DNA of 64,000 nt from an uncultured Flavobacteriales bacterium (lineage in GTDB: Bacteria > Bacteroidota > Bacteroidia > Flavobacteriales_C > GCA-002722245): contig CAWVWF010000001.1 of assembly GCA_963933885.1 (NCBI GenBank), positions 3,638-67,637 of the forward strand. The letters run 5' to 3'. Of the stretch, positions 9,335-19,900 are shown in pieces. Positions within the stretch are counted from its first letter, which is position 1. Each line of letters opens with the position of its first letter. Below the pieces are notes generated by a model. It did no database searches. It was not told the origin of the DNA and was given only the letters and a program-made list of their open reading frames with translations. A program made the position numbers and the translations under genes.

Positions 9335-9355
9335 GCTCATCATAATATGATGAGC
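9335..9355. promoter_or_regulatory. 21 bp perfect palindrome, a candidate operator
   Basis: GCTCATCATA A TATGATGAGC, about 225 bp upstream of the lipoprotein gene 8648..9079 (-). Confidence 0.3.
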
Positions 9356-9460
9356 ATTCAGATTGAGTCTATGTAAATCTTATAGCACAACGAATTTAAT
9401 AGTTATGACTGAATTGATGCCTTTTAAAAAGTAGTTATTGACGCTTGTAGTTATTGGAAT

Positions 9461-9496
9461 AAAAAAAGGCTGTAATCCTAAGATTACAGCCTTTTG
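9461..9496 (-). terminator. bidirectional rho-independent terminator, strongest for the minus-strand BNR gene
   Basis: aaaaaaa ggctgtaatc ctaa gattacagcc ttttg. On the minus strand the stem is followed by T7. It lies 19 bp after the stop of 9515..12850. Confidence 0.55.
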
Positions 9497-9514
9497 AAAT
9501 TATTTTATTGATAC

Positions 9515-12500
9515 TTATCTTTTTTGAATTTCTGCTGTATAGCTTTTTTCTGGCGTTGTTAACCTTAGCACATACAATCCAGTTTGGAACTTAGAAACAT
9601 CGATTGTTGCTGTTCCAGTTAATTGCCCTGTAGCAACAACTTTTCCTTGCACGTCAAACATTTCCCAACTTGCTGTTTCCAAACGACCATCTGTTTTTAA
9701 TGTTAAAACATCTTGCATTGGATTCGGAAACAATTGAACACCTGCTAATTCTAAATCAGAAACACCTACACATAAATCAAGTGTTGCTGTTATTTCTACC
9801 CTGTCACTCGGACAGTCAACTTGATCTTCTTCAACCAACCAGTTATAGAAATAATAATAATATTCCAATTCTACTCCACTTGCTGTTCCATTCGTTATTG
9901 AAAGGATATTACTGATTGGAAAAGGAAAGTCTGTAAAAGCACTGTTCCTAAATAATTCTACACTTGCTCCACCAATTTTCTCACAAGTAACAACATAATC
10001 AGAACCTTGTGGAATTTTCCAATCTAAAGTTACTGTGCTCTTTCCATCAGGTACGCTGACTGTTACATTTTCTAATACATTTCCATTACCATCTGTAAGT
10101 ACAAAATTTCTATTTCCAGCACCAGAAGCATAAACTTCAAACGTTCTTAAAACCATGTCTTTGAAAACATCGAATACTAAACCATAACCACCGGCATGAG
10201 AAACACCTGCTGATAAAGTATTATCTAAAGCTCCACCATTCGTAAGGGTATTTAAACCTGATGATTGCTGAACAAAGAAAGAAGTTGTTTGATTTAAATT
10301 AGTTGTATAATCTATTCCTTCGAAGATTGAAGTTGGAGAAGTATTCGTAGCATACCATTTAATGGCACCTACTGAATTATCTACTGATAATTTCACACTT
10401 GCTCCTGCTGAACAAAAGATCTCATTAGAAACGTTTGGATTACTTGCTTTTACTTGTACAGTTACTTCGATAATATCAGAAACTACTGTTTCTCCGGCAC
10501 TAGTAACTTCAACTGAATAGTCTGCTGTTTCATCAACCACTAAAGTAGAACTTGTTTTACCAACAATATCTCCACCGTTTTTAAGCCATTGATATGTATA
10601 ATCATTGTCTTGAACAGCCTCCAATGTAATTGTATTCCCTTCACAAAATGTTGTTTCAGAATTACTTGTTACTGAAGCATCAATTTGATTACTCGTTGCA
10701 TAAGTTGGAGCAGACCACATACCTCTACCGTATGTACCTGCGTAGATTCTATTATCAATATAATTGATTTCAATTTCGTTTACTTGAACGTTTGGTAAAT
10801 TGTCTTGATAATCAATGTAATTAGACATAGCATCGTTGATATAATAAACTCCACTATACATCCCTACATACAACCCATGTTCAGGTCCTTTTTCGAAAGC
10901 GACACATAAAGAAGATAAACCTGGAAGGTTTAATTTTTGAGAATTCCATGAAGTACCTCCATCTGTAGAAATATAAACTTTTTCACCCCCTGTAGTTGCA
11001 ACTGCAATATAATTAGGATCGTCTGGATGAATGCTTATAAAATTTATACTTCCTAGATTTGACGTAACTAATGTCCATGAAGTTCCTGCATCTATTGATT
11101 TAGAAAGAGAAGATTCTTTCGATGCAAACATAATTGATGGATTTGTCTCAGAAATCGTTAATTGATCACATTTCCCTGATCCACTTGGTGTACCTAAAGC
11201 CGTACCTGATCCAGTAGTAAAGGAATACCTAGACACACTAGTATAACCTACATAAAAGATATCTGCACTGGTTGGATGTTGTACAATTGGTGTAACCCAA
11301 TTTCCTGCATCACTACTTAATCCATTTTGTGATTGACCACCATTAGTTGTCTTATATAAATTACCATTTTGAGATGTTCCTATTTGATTATCTGGATTAT
11401 CCCAACTTACAAATGCGTCCATTCCATCTGCTCCTAACCATTCTCTCCAAATATAATTACTACCATATGTTGATGCTGTACCGTTATCTTGTGCTCCTCC
11501 AACAACAACATTTGGATTGTTTTTCCCAACTCCAATTTTATAAAACTGACGAACATTTAAGCCGTTACTTAAGTTTTTAAAAGTAGCTTCACTGTTCTCA
11601 CTAACTGAGATTCCTCCATCAGTTCCAGTATATAAATTACTTCCTATCCATTCCAAAGTATGGATATCTGCATGAATATATTTTGCCCCAGCTGAAGAAT
11701 ACAGCCAAGGAACATAAAGAGAGAAATTAGTACCACCATTCGTTGAACGATATAATTCCATTCCTCCTAAATAAATTTTTGTAGGGTCTTGAGCTGAAAC
11801 TGCTAAATCAATTCCATACCAAGCATAAGCCTCAAGATAATCAGTTGAACTTTGATTTATGATTGTAAATGATTGTCCGTTGTTTGTTGATTTAGACAAA
11901 GTACCGAATTCATATCCATCTGCCTGCATATACCAAACACTATTTGGTTCTGCCGGACAAATTGCGATTCTTCCATAACCTGTATTAGCTCCTGCAGCAA
12001 TTTGAGACCATGTTTGTCCTCCATTTGTTGATCTGTAAAAGTTATACCTTCCTGCAGCATAAACATAACTTTGATCAGTTGGATGATACTCTAAATCAAG
12101 GAAATTTCCTGATTCCATTGAATTCCATGTATCCCCATTATCGGTAGATTTAAAAATCCCATAAGCTCCACAAGCTAATAATACATTTGGATCACTAGCG
12201 TCCGCTTTAATTTTTGTTGTACTTGATGAAAATACTTTTGTCCATGAACTACCTGCATCTGTAGATTTAAAAATTCCTTGATCGGTTCCTATAAAATAAG
12301 TATCGGCATCGTTAGGAGAAATTAAACAACCTAACATGTTTAAAGTTGAAAGTTTATCTGTAAGTGGTGTCCAATTCGCTCCTTGATCTAATGTAGACCA
12401 TACTCCTCCAGAAGGAGCTCCTGCTAAAATATGATTGGCATTTGAAGGATTAACACTAATACATTCTACCCTTCCTACTCCTGGATTCCAACTTGAAGTT

Positions 12501-12850
12501 GGGTTTCTAGTTGTTGGTCCAAGTTCAGTCCATAAAGACTGTCCTCTTTGCGTTAAGCTAGATCCAGATCTATTCGTACTTTTCTTAAATTTATCGATTT
12601 CGTTGAAAGCATTTTTCCTCCAATTAATCTTTCCATTTACATCAGCATCTCGCTTAGCAAAGTATAGCCATCGCTGAAATTGCTTGTACCCAGATCCTTT
12701 TCCTTGGTAACGGTTCTCAAAATAATCGTTTGCTTCTGTGCTAATTTGCTCTATAGTATACATTTCACTTTCAATCATCTCCCAATGTTTTTGAGCGAAT
12801 GATGAAAATGACAATACTAGGGCGGTAGCAATTGTTAACGTAATTTTCAT
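9515..12850 (-). CDS. BNR/Asp-box repeat beta-propeller protein (sortilin/VPS10- or GH74-like fold) with Ig-like domains and a T9SS type-A CTD
   Basis: At least 8 Asp-box motifs S/T-x-D/N-x-G-x-S/T-W/F (STDAGSSW, STDNGDTW, STNGGQTW, STNGGQSF, STNGGTNF, TTNGGQSQ, SIDAGTSW, STDGGTSW). Signal peptide. C-terminal LFPNPMQDVLTL…GLYVLRLTT…AEIQKR sorting domain. Confidence 0.85.
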   Translation of the reverse strand: MKITLTIATALVLSFSSFAQKHWEMIESEMYTIEQISTEANDYFENRYQGKGSGYKQFQRWLYFAKRDADVNGKINWRKNAFNEIDKFKKSTNRSGSSLTQRGQSLWTELGPTTRNPTSSWNPGVGRVECISVNPSNANHILAGAPSGGVWSTLDQGANWTPLTDKLSTLNMLGCLISPNDADTYFIGTDQGIFKSTDAGSSWTKVFSSSTTKIKADASDPNVLLACGAYGIFKSTDNGDTWNSMESGNFLDLEYHPTDQSYVYAAGRYNFYRSTNGGQTWSQIAAGANTGYGRIAICPAEPNSVWYMQADGYEFGTLSKSTNNGQSFTIINQSSTDYLEAYAWYGIDLAVSAQDPTKIYLGGMELYRSTNGGTNFSLYVPWLYSSAGAKYIHADIHTLEWIGSNLYTGTDGGISVSENSEATFKNLSNGLNVRQFYKIGVGKNNPNVVVGGAQDNGTASTYGSNYIWREWLGADGMDAFVSWDNPDNQIGTSQNGNLYKTTNGGQSQNGLSSDAGNWVTPIVQHPTSADIFYVGYTSVSRYSFTTGSGTALGTPSGSGKCDQLTISETNPSIMFASKESSLSKSIDAGTSWTLVTSNLGSINFISIHPDDPNYIAVATTGGEKVYISTDGGTSWNSQKLNLPGLSSLCVAFEKGPEHGLYVGMYSGVYYINDAMSNYIDYQDNLPNVQVNEIEINYIDNRIYAGTYGRGMWSAPTYATSNQIDASVTSNSETTFCEGNTITLEAVQDNDYTYQWLKNGGDIVGKTSSTLVVDETADYSVEVTSAGETVVSDIIEVTVQVKASNPNVSNEIFCSAGASVKLSVDNSVGAIKWYATNTSPTSIFEGIDYTTNLNQTTSFFVQQSSGLNTLTNGGALDNTLSAGVSHAGGYGLVFDVFKDMVLRTFEVYASGAGNRNFVLTDGNGNVLENVTVSVPDGKSTVTLDWKIPQGSDYVVTCEKIGGASVELFRNSAFTDFPFPISNILSITNGTASGVELEYYYYFYNWLVEEDQVDCPSDRVEITATLDLCVGVSDLELAGVQLFPNPMQDVLTLKTDGRLETASWEMFDVQGKVVATGQLTGTATIDVSKFQTGLYVLRLTTPEKSYTAEIQKR

Positions 12851-13030
12851 AATGATTAGATTCTAAATAATAAGGGACTGCAATATAGTTAAAAAGTAGA
12901 TATTTATGTTTTAAACTAAATCAAAATCTTTCATTTCAAAAACACTACTAAATTGATATAAGCTAGATATATCAAGGTATTAAAAAAATATTTATTACTT
13001 GTTAACGGAGATTTTTTATCAGTTTTAGAA

Positions 13031-13471
13031 CTAATTATTTTGTAAATAACCAATTACTAATGCTACACAACCTCTACCAGTTACATCATTATATCCTTCA
13101 TCTCCAATTGGGAATCTTACTTCAATTGTGAAATTTTGTGTAGCTGTGTTTTCGAAATCCCAAACTTGAGCCATCGCATGATCAGCGTTATCGTATACTA
13201 AAACTTTTTTACGATCATAAATTTTTATAGCTAAATCACCAATACCTTTACCTCCTTTAGAAAGTATTCTATATTTTTTCCCTCCTGAAAACACGATATT
13301 TAATTCAGCGCTTTCGCCTTCAGATAAAACTACGCTGCTTAACTGTCCATTAAATCGGAATGGTGTTAAATCTTTTACAGCACGTTTTGCCATCCGTTTA
13401 CATTGTGCATTGCTATCAAACGGGATTGACATTGCGAAAATAATTAGGCAAAACGATAGTAGGTTCTTCAT
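13031..13471 (-). CDS. small secreted protein, function unknown
   Basis: 146 aa with a signal peptide (MKNLLSFCLIIFAMSIPFDSNA). It follows the upstream lipoprotein gene by 4 bp on the same strand. Confidence 0.55.
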   Translation of the reverse strand: MKNLLSFCLIIFAMSIPFDSNAQCKRMAKRAVKDLTPFRFNGQLSSVVLSEGESAELNIVFSGGKKYRILSKGGKGIGDLAIKIYDRKKVLVYDNADHAMAQVWDFENTATQNFTIEVRFPIGDEGYNDVTGRGCVALVIGYLQNN

Positions 13472-13474
13472 TGG

Positions 13475-14377
13475 TTAGTCTGTTATTTCGTTTCTAATTG
13501 TTGAGATTTTTAACTTGATAGCTTCAAAAGCTTCTTTTGTAATCACCACTTCCAACTTCCCTCCTAATGTTGTTATTTTATTAACCGTATCCGTTTTAAC
13601 TTTTGTTTCATCATCATAATTTAATGCAACATTATTAAACAATACTTCAAGCTCTTCTAATTTTTTAATTCGTTCATCAAAGTCAGTTCCTTCAACAGCC
13701 TTTAACATGTTAATCAAATTTGTTAGTGCTGGTTTCTGTTCTGCGATTTTTTTCCAAATTGGCATCTCTTTACCTTCATCTAACTTTAAATTAACTGCGA
13801 TATAAAGTCCTTCAATCCAAGCACCAGTTAGAATTGCTTTAGAAACAATTGGTCGGTCATTTTCCTGTAAGTACAAATCTGTTTCCATATAGGTAGCAGC
13901 AATAATATCCATTAAGGAATCTTTATTACTCATGTTCCCTTCTAATTTCATTCTGATTTCTTCAGTGAAGACACCTTCGATATTTAATTCACTTGATAAA
14001 GCTTGAGCAGATCCCATAAACTTCATAGCATCTAAAGGATAATCAAACATGGATGTGAAACTTAAATCCGCGAAATAAACTCCTAAGTTTAAGGAACGTG
14101 TCATGTCAGTTACGTAGTCGTCAATCCCATCAGGATCATTCAAAATTTCTACGTCATAAATCGCATTCGTTTGAAAAAGAAGATCGGCCATTTCAACTGG
14201 AGATGGCAAAGTATAAACAACTTTTGCAGCTGTTTTTAATTCCTTAATCTGTTTAACAGTATAGGTGATATCTTCTTCTTCGAAAATATCATCATCTTGA
14301 TTTTGTGGGGTTGGTACTTTGTCGTCTCCACATGACATTAATGCTAAACCAGCAACGAAATATAAAACTTTACGCAT
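13475..14377 (-). CDS. lipoprotein with an acidic N-terminal linker, function unknown
   Basis: MRKVLYFVAGLALMSCGDD has a lipobox (LMSC). A D/E-rich segment follows the lipidated Cys. 300 aa. It is co-directional with the deacetylase upstream and the small secreted protein downstream. Confidence 0.6.
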   Translation of the reverse strand: MRKVLYFVAGLALMSCGDDKVPTPQNQDDDIFEEEDITYTVKQIKELKTAAKVVYTLPSPVEMADLLFQTNAIYDVEILNDPDGIDDYVTDMTRSLNLGVYFADLSFTSMFDYPLDAMKFMGSAQALSSELNIEGVFTEEIRMKLEGNMSNKDSLMDIIAATYMETDLYLQENDRPIVSKAILTGAWIEGLYIAVNLKLDEGKEMPIWKKIAEQKPALTNLINMLKAVEGTDFDERIKKLEELEVLFNNVALNYDDETKVKTDTVNKITTLGGKLEVVITKEAFEAIKLKISTIRNEITD

Positions 14378-14431
14378 GACTTCTTTATTTGTAAGATTAG
14401 CTTACCGTGTATTATTATTAATGTTTCGTTT

Positions 14432-15469
14432 TTAAGGTTTTAATTGGACTTTAATTTTTGTACTGTATGGAAGGCTATTAATTAACAGTACATTTTGTTT
14501 TTCGTCATATACATATTCCAAAATAACGTCTTGTTTTCCAACCAGAACAACGCTCTTTATTTCATCCTTTTTTATTCCAGAAACCACGATTGTAATTGGC
14601 TCGAAAAACTTAGATTCATCCAAAGTACATTTCAAATCAATCGCAATTGAATTGCTATCCTTCTCAAAAGACATTAAAGTGTTTGCTTTTTCTTTATGAT
14701 ATTGAATTGCTTTCTCGAAAGTAGTTATCCAAACATCAGCTCTTAATGATATAATACTTTTAAGATGTGCCTCCAGCATCGTTTCATGGATTGGTCCAAA
14801 CCACTTATCTGCAACAGAATCATTGAATATACTATGGTACATAAAAGTTACCATCCCACCTTGTTTCACAGCTTGAACAGCCATCCTTTTAATAGTTGAA
14901 GGTGTGTGGATATCCCTAGCCATGAATGTTTGAAGTTGAAAATAATCTGTTTTACCATAGGTTAAACTATAAGGCCAAGCCCTTCCATATCTTAAACCTG
15001 CTAATCTTGCAGCGATGTGATCTTTCTTTACAATTTTTAAAACTTCTGAATTGAAAGCACCATAAGGAAATGCAAATGTATTGGCTACTTTTGGGGCTAT
15101 ATTTTTTCTTAGAATTTCTTGAGCTTCGGTTACTTCTTTATATAATTTAACGGAATCAATTTCTGCTAAATTTGGATGTGTTTCTGTATGATTTCCAATT
15201 TCACAACCATGCTCAAATGCTAGCTTCATTTTAGCCCAGCTTCCTCCTAAATCTTTATTTTTAGTAGTAACGTAAAACGTTGCTGGAACTTTGTACTTGA
15301 TAAACATGGGTACGACAATCTCACCATGTCCTGGTGACCAATCATCGAATGTAAAAACGATAGCCGCTTTCTTTGCATTCTTCCAATTTGATAATTCCAC
15401 ATTGATTGAATCTTGTGAAATTCCGATCGTTGAAATCAACCCTAATAATATTGTAAATAGCTTTCTCAT
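14432..15469 (-). CDS. polysaccharide deacetylase family protein (NodB homology, CE4-like)
   Basis: Signal peptide. FTFDDW…HG (TFDD-type Asp motif) and HTETHP (His-His metal motif) are typical of CE4/NodB deacetylases. Confidence 0.7.
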   Translation of the reverse strand: MRKLFTILLGLISTIGISQDSINVELSNWKNAKKAAIVFTFDDWSPGHGEIVVPMFIKYKVPATFYVTTKNKDLGGSWAKMKLAFEHGCEIGNHTETHPNLAEIDSVKLYKEVTEAQEILRKNIAPKVANTFAFPYGAFNSEVLKIVKKDHIAARLAGLRYGRAWPYSLTYGKTDYFQLQTFMARDIHTPSTIKRMAVQAVKQGGMVTFMYHSIFNDSVADKWFGPIHETMLEAHLKSIISLRADVWITTFEKAIQYHKEKANTLMSFEKDSNSIAIDLKCTLDESKFFEPITIVVSGIKKDEIKSVVLVGKQDVILEYVYDEKQNVLLINSLPYSTKIKVQLKP

Positions 15470-15551
15470 TTGATTTTTTAATGATCTTGCAAAAATAATA
15501 CTTCTTTATAAAGTTTAAATATTATTTTTGTCTTTAAATAAAACAACTCTT

Positions 15552-16883
15552 ATGAAACTTTGGGACAAGGGATTTAACGTAAATAAAGCAATTGAAGACT
15601 TTACTGTTGGAAATGATACTGAGTTAGATATGTATTTAGCACCTTATGATGTGCTAGGAAACATTGCCCACGTTACGATGTTAACTGAGGTTGGTTTATT
15701 AGAAGAAGATGAACTTCCTGCCTTAAAAAAGGAACTGTCTGCTATTTACAAGACTACTCAAGATGGTAGTTTTAAAATTGAAGCTGGGATGGAAGATGTA
15801 CATTCTCAGGTTGAAAGCTTACTAACTGAAAAGTTAGGTGATGTTGGAAAGAAGGTGCACAGTGCAAGATCAAGAAATGACCAAGTTTTGGTTGATTTGA
15901 AATTATATGGTAGAAATGAGTTGTTAGAAATTTCTGACTTAACAAATAAGTTATTTGAAGCTTTTCAAACTCAGAGTGAAACTCACAAAAATGTTTTACT
16001 TCCTGGATACACACATTTACAGGTAGCAATGCCTTCTTCTTTTGGATTATGGTTTGGTGCTTTTGCTGAATCTTTAGCAGATGATATGGATTTGTTAGCA
16101 ACTGCTTTCAGGTTTACAAATCAAAACCCTTTAGGTTCTGCTGCTGGTTACGGATCGTCTTTCCCAATTAACAGAACAAGAACTACAGAATTACTTGGTT
16201 TCGAGGATATGCATTACAATGTTGTATATGCTCAAATGACACGTGGGAAAACGGAGCGTACTGTTGCTTATGCAATTAGTGCTTTGGCTACTACATTGAT
16301 GAAGTTCTCTGCTGATTCATGTATGTTTATGAGTCAGAACTTTGGATTCATTAAAGTACCTCAAGAGTTCACTACTGGATCTAGTATAATGCCTCACAAG
16401 AAGAATCCTGATGTATTTGAATTGATGCGTGGGAAGTGTAACAAGCTTCAGGCAATCCCTGGAGAATTGGCTGCAATCATGGGGAACTTAACATCTGGAT
16501 ACTTCAGAGATCTTCAATTATTAAAAGAGAAATACATTTACGCTTTTAAAGAAATTAAGGCCTGTTTGGAAATCGCTTTGTTAATGGTTCCGAATATTGA
16601 GGTGAATAAAAACATAATAGACAATGATCTTTACGATTACTTATTTAGTGTTGAGGAGGTAAACAGAAGAGTACTCGAAGGTGTTCCTTTTAGAGAATCT
16701 TACAAGCAAGTTGGATTAGAAATCGAAGCTGGTAATTTTAAGCCTAATAAGAATGTTAAACATACGCATGAAGGATCTTTAGGAAACTTATGTACGGAGA
16801 ATATCAAAGCTAAGATGGATGTTAATTTCGCTAAAATAGACCGTAAGGTTATTGATGAAGCGGTTAAGAACCTACTTGCTTAA
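15552..16883 (+). CDS. argH: argininosuccinate lyase
   Basis: MKLWDKGF N-terminus. The fumarate-lyase signature GSSIMPHKKNPDVFELMRG is present. The track start 15528 is a TTG. I moved the start to the ATG at 15552. Confidence 0.88.
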   Translation: MKLWDKGFNVNKAIEDFTVGNDTELDMYLAPYDVLGNIAHVTMLTEVGLLEEDELPALKKELSAIYKTTQDGSFKIEAGMEDVHSQVESLLTEKLGDVGKKVHSARSRNDQVLVDLKLYGRNELLEISDLTNKLFEAFQTQSETHKNVLLPGYTHLQVAMPSSFGLWFGAFAESLADDMDLLATAFRFTNQNPLGSAAGYGSSFPINRTRTTELLGFEDMHYNVVYAQMTRGKTERTVAYAISALATTLMKFSADSCMFMSQNFGFIKVPQEFTTGSSIMPHKKNPDVFELMRGKCNKLQAIPGELAAIMGNLTSGYFRDLQLLKEKYIYAFKEIKACLEIALLMVPNIEVNKNIIDNDLYDYLFSVEEVNRRVLEGVPFRESYKQVGLEIEAGNFKPNKNVKHTHEGSLGNLCTENIKAKMDVNFAKIDRKVIDEAVKNLLA

Positions 16884-16919
16884 ATAACCTTACAATCTTA
16901 AATTTTAGGGAGGTTAAAA

Positions 16920-19900
16920 CTACCTCAATACATTAACGTGACCCACCTTTTGTTTTCGTCTTGGTTTTCCATCTGGATGATTCATTGAGTAGTATATTTT
17001 ATATACATATGTATCTATCTGAACTTCTCTTCCCATGTACGTTCCATCCCAATCTACAAACATAGATTCAGACTCATAGATTTGTTGTCCCCATCTGTTA
17101 AAAATATACATGTGATAATCCGTTATGTTATGTCCTTTAGCATTAAACGAATCGTTAATTCCATCACCATTCGGGCTGAAAGTATTTGGTATATATAACG
17201 CGCTTGGACAAAATTCATTAAATGTAATACGATCAGTAATAAAACAATTTCCAACACTAATTTGAACTACATAAGTTCCTGCTGATTGAATCGTAATATC
17301 AGATGTTGAATCAGTTGTTCCCCACAAATAATCATAACTCTGATCTGTACCAGCACTAATATTAAAACCTCTATCTGTAAGCTCTTCAAAACAGAAGTAC
17401 TTATTATCTAACGAATGATCTATACCACTTGTAGGCAATGGAACTACATTAACATTAATGGTATCTGTTGAAGAACATAGCTCGTTGCTTACACTTATAA
17501 TATGCGTATTTGTTTGGTTTACATCAAATACTGTTTCAGTTTGACTATCATTCCATGTATAATTTAAGCCTGAAATTCCAGCATCGATAGTTCCTGTTTC
17601 ACCCTCACAAAGATTGATATCTGGTCCTAAATCCACAACTGGAATTGGAACAAAAATTACGTTAACAGTATCTTTTCCGACACAACCTTCTGGTGTTTCA
17701 ACATTGAGAATATAATCGTTAGATCCAGTCGCAGTTATTTGTGAAACCGTATCTGTAGTTGACCATAAGTACGATAGGTTTTGATCTCCCCCTATATCAC
17801 TTACATTAACTAATGTTCCATCACAAACTTTGATATCGGGACCCAAATCAGGATTAGGATTATCGTTTAAAATCACCTCAACAAAAGTTGAGTTTTTACA
17901 ACCTGTAGCAACATTTGTTACTTCCTGATCGAAGATACCTCCAGTAAATACTGTTATTTGAGCAGTTTGCTCAGCGGTACTCCAAACATAATCGAATTGG
18001 TTTCCTTTATCATTTCCTATGACAACAGAATCTCCATTACAAATCGCAGCCTTTGAAGGAGTTACTATTGGTAAAGGATGAACTTCTACTTCTACAATAG
18101 CATCTCCTTCACAACCTTTTCCATCGTCAACATGAACAATATACAATCCACTTGTATCAACGTTAATTACATCTGTTGTTTCATTTGTAGACCATGTGAA
18201 ATTGTAATTATCCACACTTTTATAATTTGGAATTAAATCTACATTCTCACCAATACACAAATCTATTTTCGGTGCGTTGGCAATTGTAACACTCAAGTTT
18301 TGTTCAATCGTAATTTCTGCAGAATCTCTTCCTACACATCCATAAGCATCTGTAATATCCACCCAAGTCCATTCTTTATATGCAGCAATATATGTACTGT
18401 ACTTACTCCTATCATGCCATTCATAAGTATATGGCCCATTTCCATTGTCGAATCCTGAAGCATCTAGCGTTGCCTTCATCCCTGGACACATTGCAACATC
18501 GAATATCACATCAGGTTTTGGAAGTGGAATTACAATTAATTCAACTGTATCTTGAGCAACACAACCATTTGAATCAGTTACTTCAACATCATAAATCCCA
18601 GGTCTTGTTGTATTATATGAATCCTTATCTGAATAATTAAACCATTCATATTTCGCATAAGTTCCTGGTGTAAAAGCTACGCTAGAAGCATTCTCACAAA
18701 TTGTTATATCCAGGCCTAAATCCGGAGTTGGTAGAGGGTTTACAACAAGTACAACAGTATCGCTTCCGGGACACCCCTGAGCATCGATAAAATCAACTGT
18801 GTATTCTCCTGCTTGATTTGTTTGAAAACTACTGATGGTATCTCCAGTATTCCAAATGTATGTTTCGAAACCTAATCCAGCATCAAAAATAACTTCTGAA
18901 TCACCTGCACATATTACTTGATCCTGCATGTTAACTAAAGGCATCTGATTTACTTTTAAGTACATTGTATCGTATCCTAAACAACCATTTGAATCTGTTA
19001 AAATCAGACTATAGTCGCCTTCATCATGGATTTGTATAGATGAAGTAGTAGAATCGTTACTCCATAAATAAGTTGCTTTTGTAAATCCGGTAGTCAATTG
19101 AACTGCTGGGTCCATTGAACAAATTTCTTCATCTGGTCCTATACTTACAATTGGATTAGGATTTACCACAAGTTCCACTGTTGTATCATTTACACAACCA
19201 TTAGAATCGGTTACTTCAATATGGTAAGAATTACCTGCGTTTGTAGATAAAAGCTGATCTACACTTAAACCATTTTGCCAGTTGTAAGAAAGGTAAACAC
19301 CAGCATCCAAAGTTACAGGACTATCGCCATCGCAAATTGTATCGTTTGGAACGTAAGGGATAGGTAGTAAATTTACAATCAACTCAAACGATGTATCGGC
19401 TTTACAACCATTACTATCCGTTACTTCGACTGTATAAACACCACCATCCTTACTGCTGAAAACCGAATCATTATTATTACCATTCCAATCGTAAATATCA
19501 TAATCTCCAACACTAAATTCTACTATTGAATCGCCTTCACAAATCGTATCGTTAGCAACATATGGAATTGGCAATACATTTACTATTAGTTCGAAACTTG
19601 TATCTGATATACATCCATTATCATCCATTACTTCAACGGTATAGACTCCAGAAGCATCTAATTGGATAGTTTGCGTTGTATCATTCGTGCTCCATAAGAA
19701 AGAAGTATAACTCCCAGCGTCGAAAACCACAGGTCCTCCTCCTTCACATATTGTATCATTTGATATAAAAGGAATCGGCTTTGGATTAACTACTAACTCA
19801 AAACTCGTATCCGATACACAACCGTTACTATCTGTTACTTCGATTGTATAGCGTCCTGCTGAATCAAGGTTAATAGTTTGTGTTGAATCTTGCGTACTCC

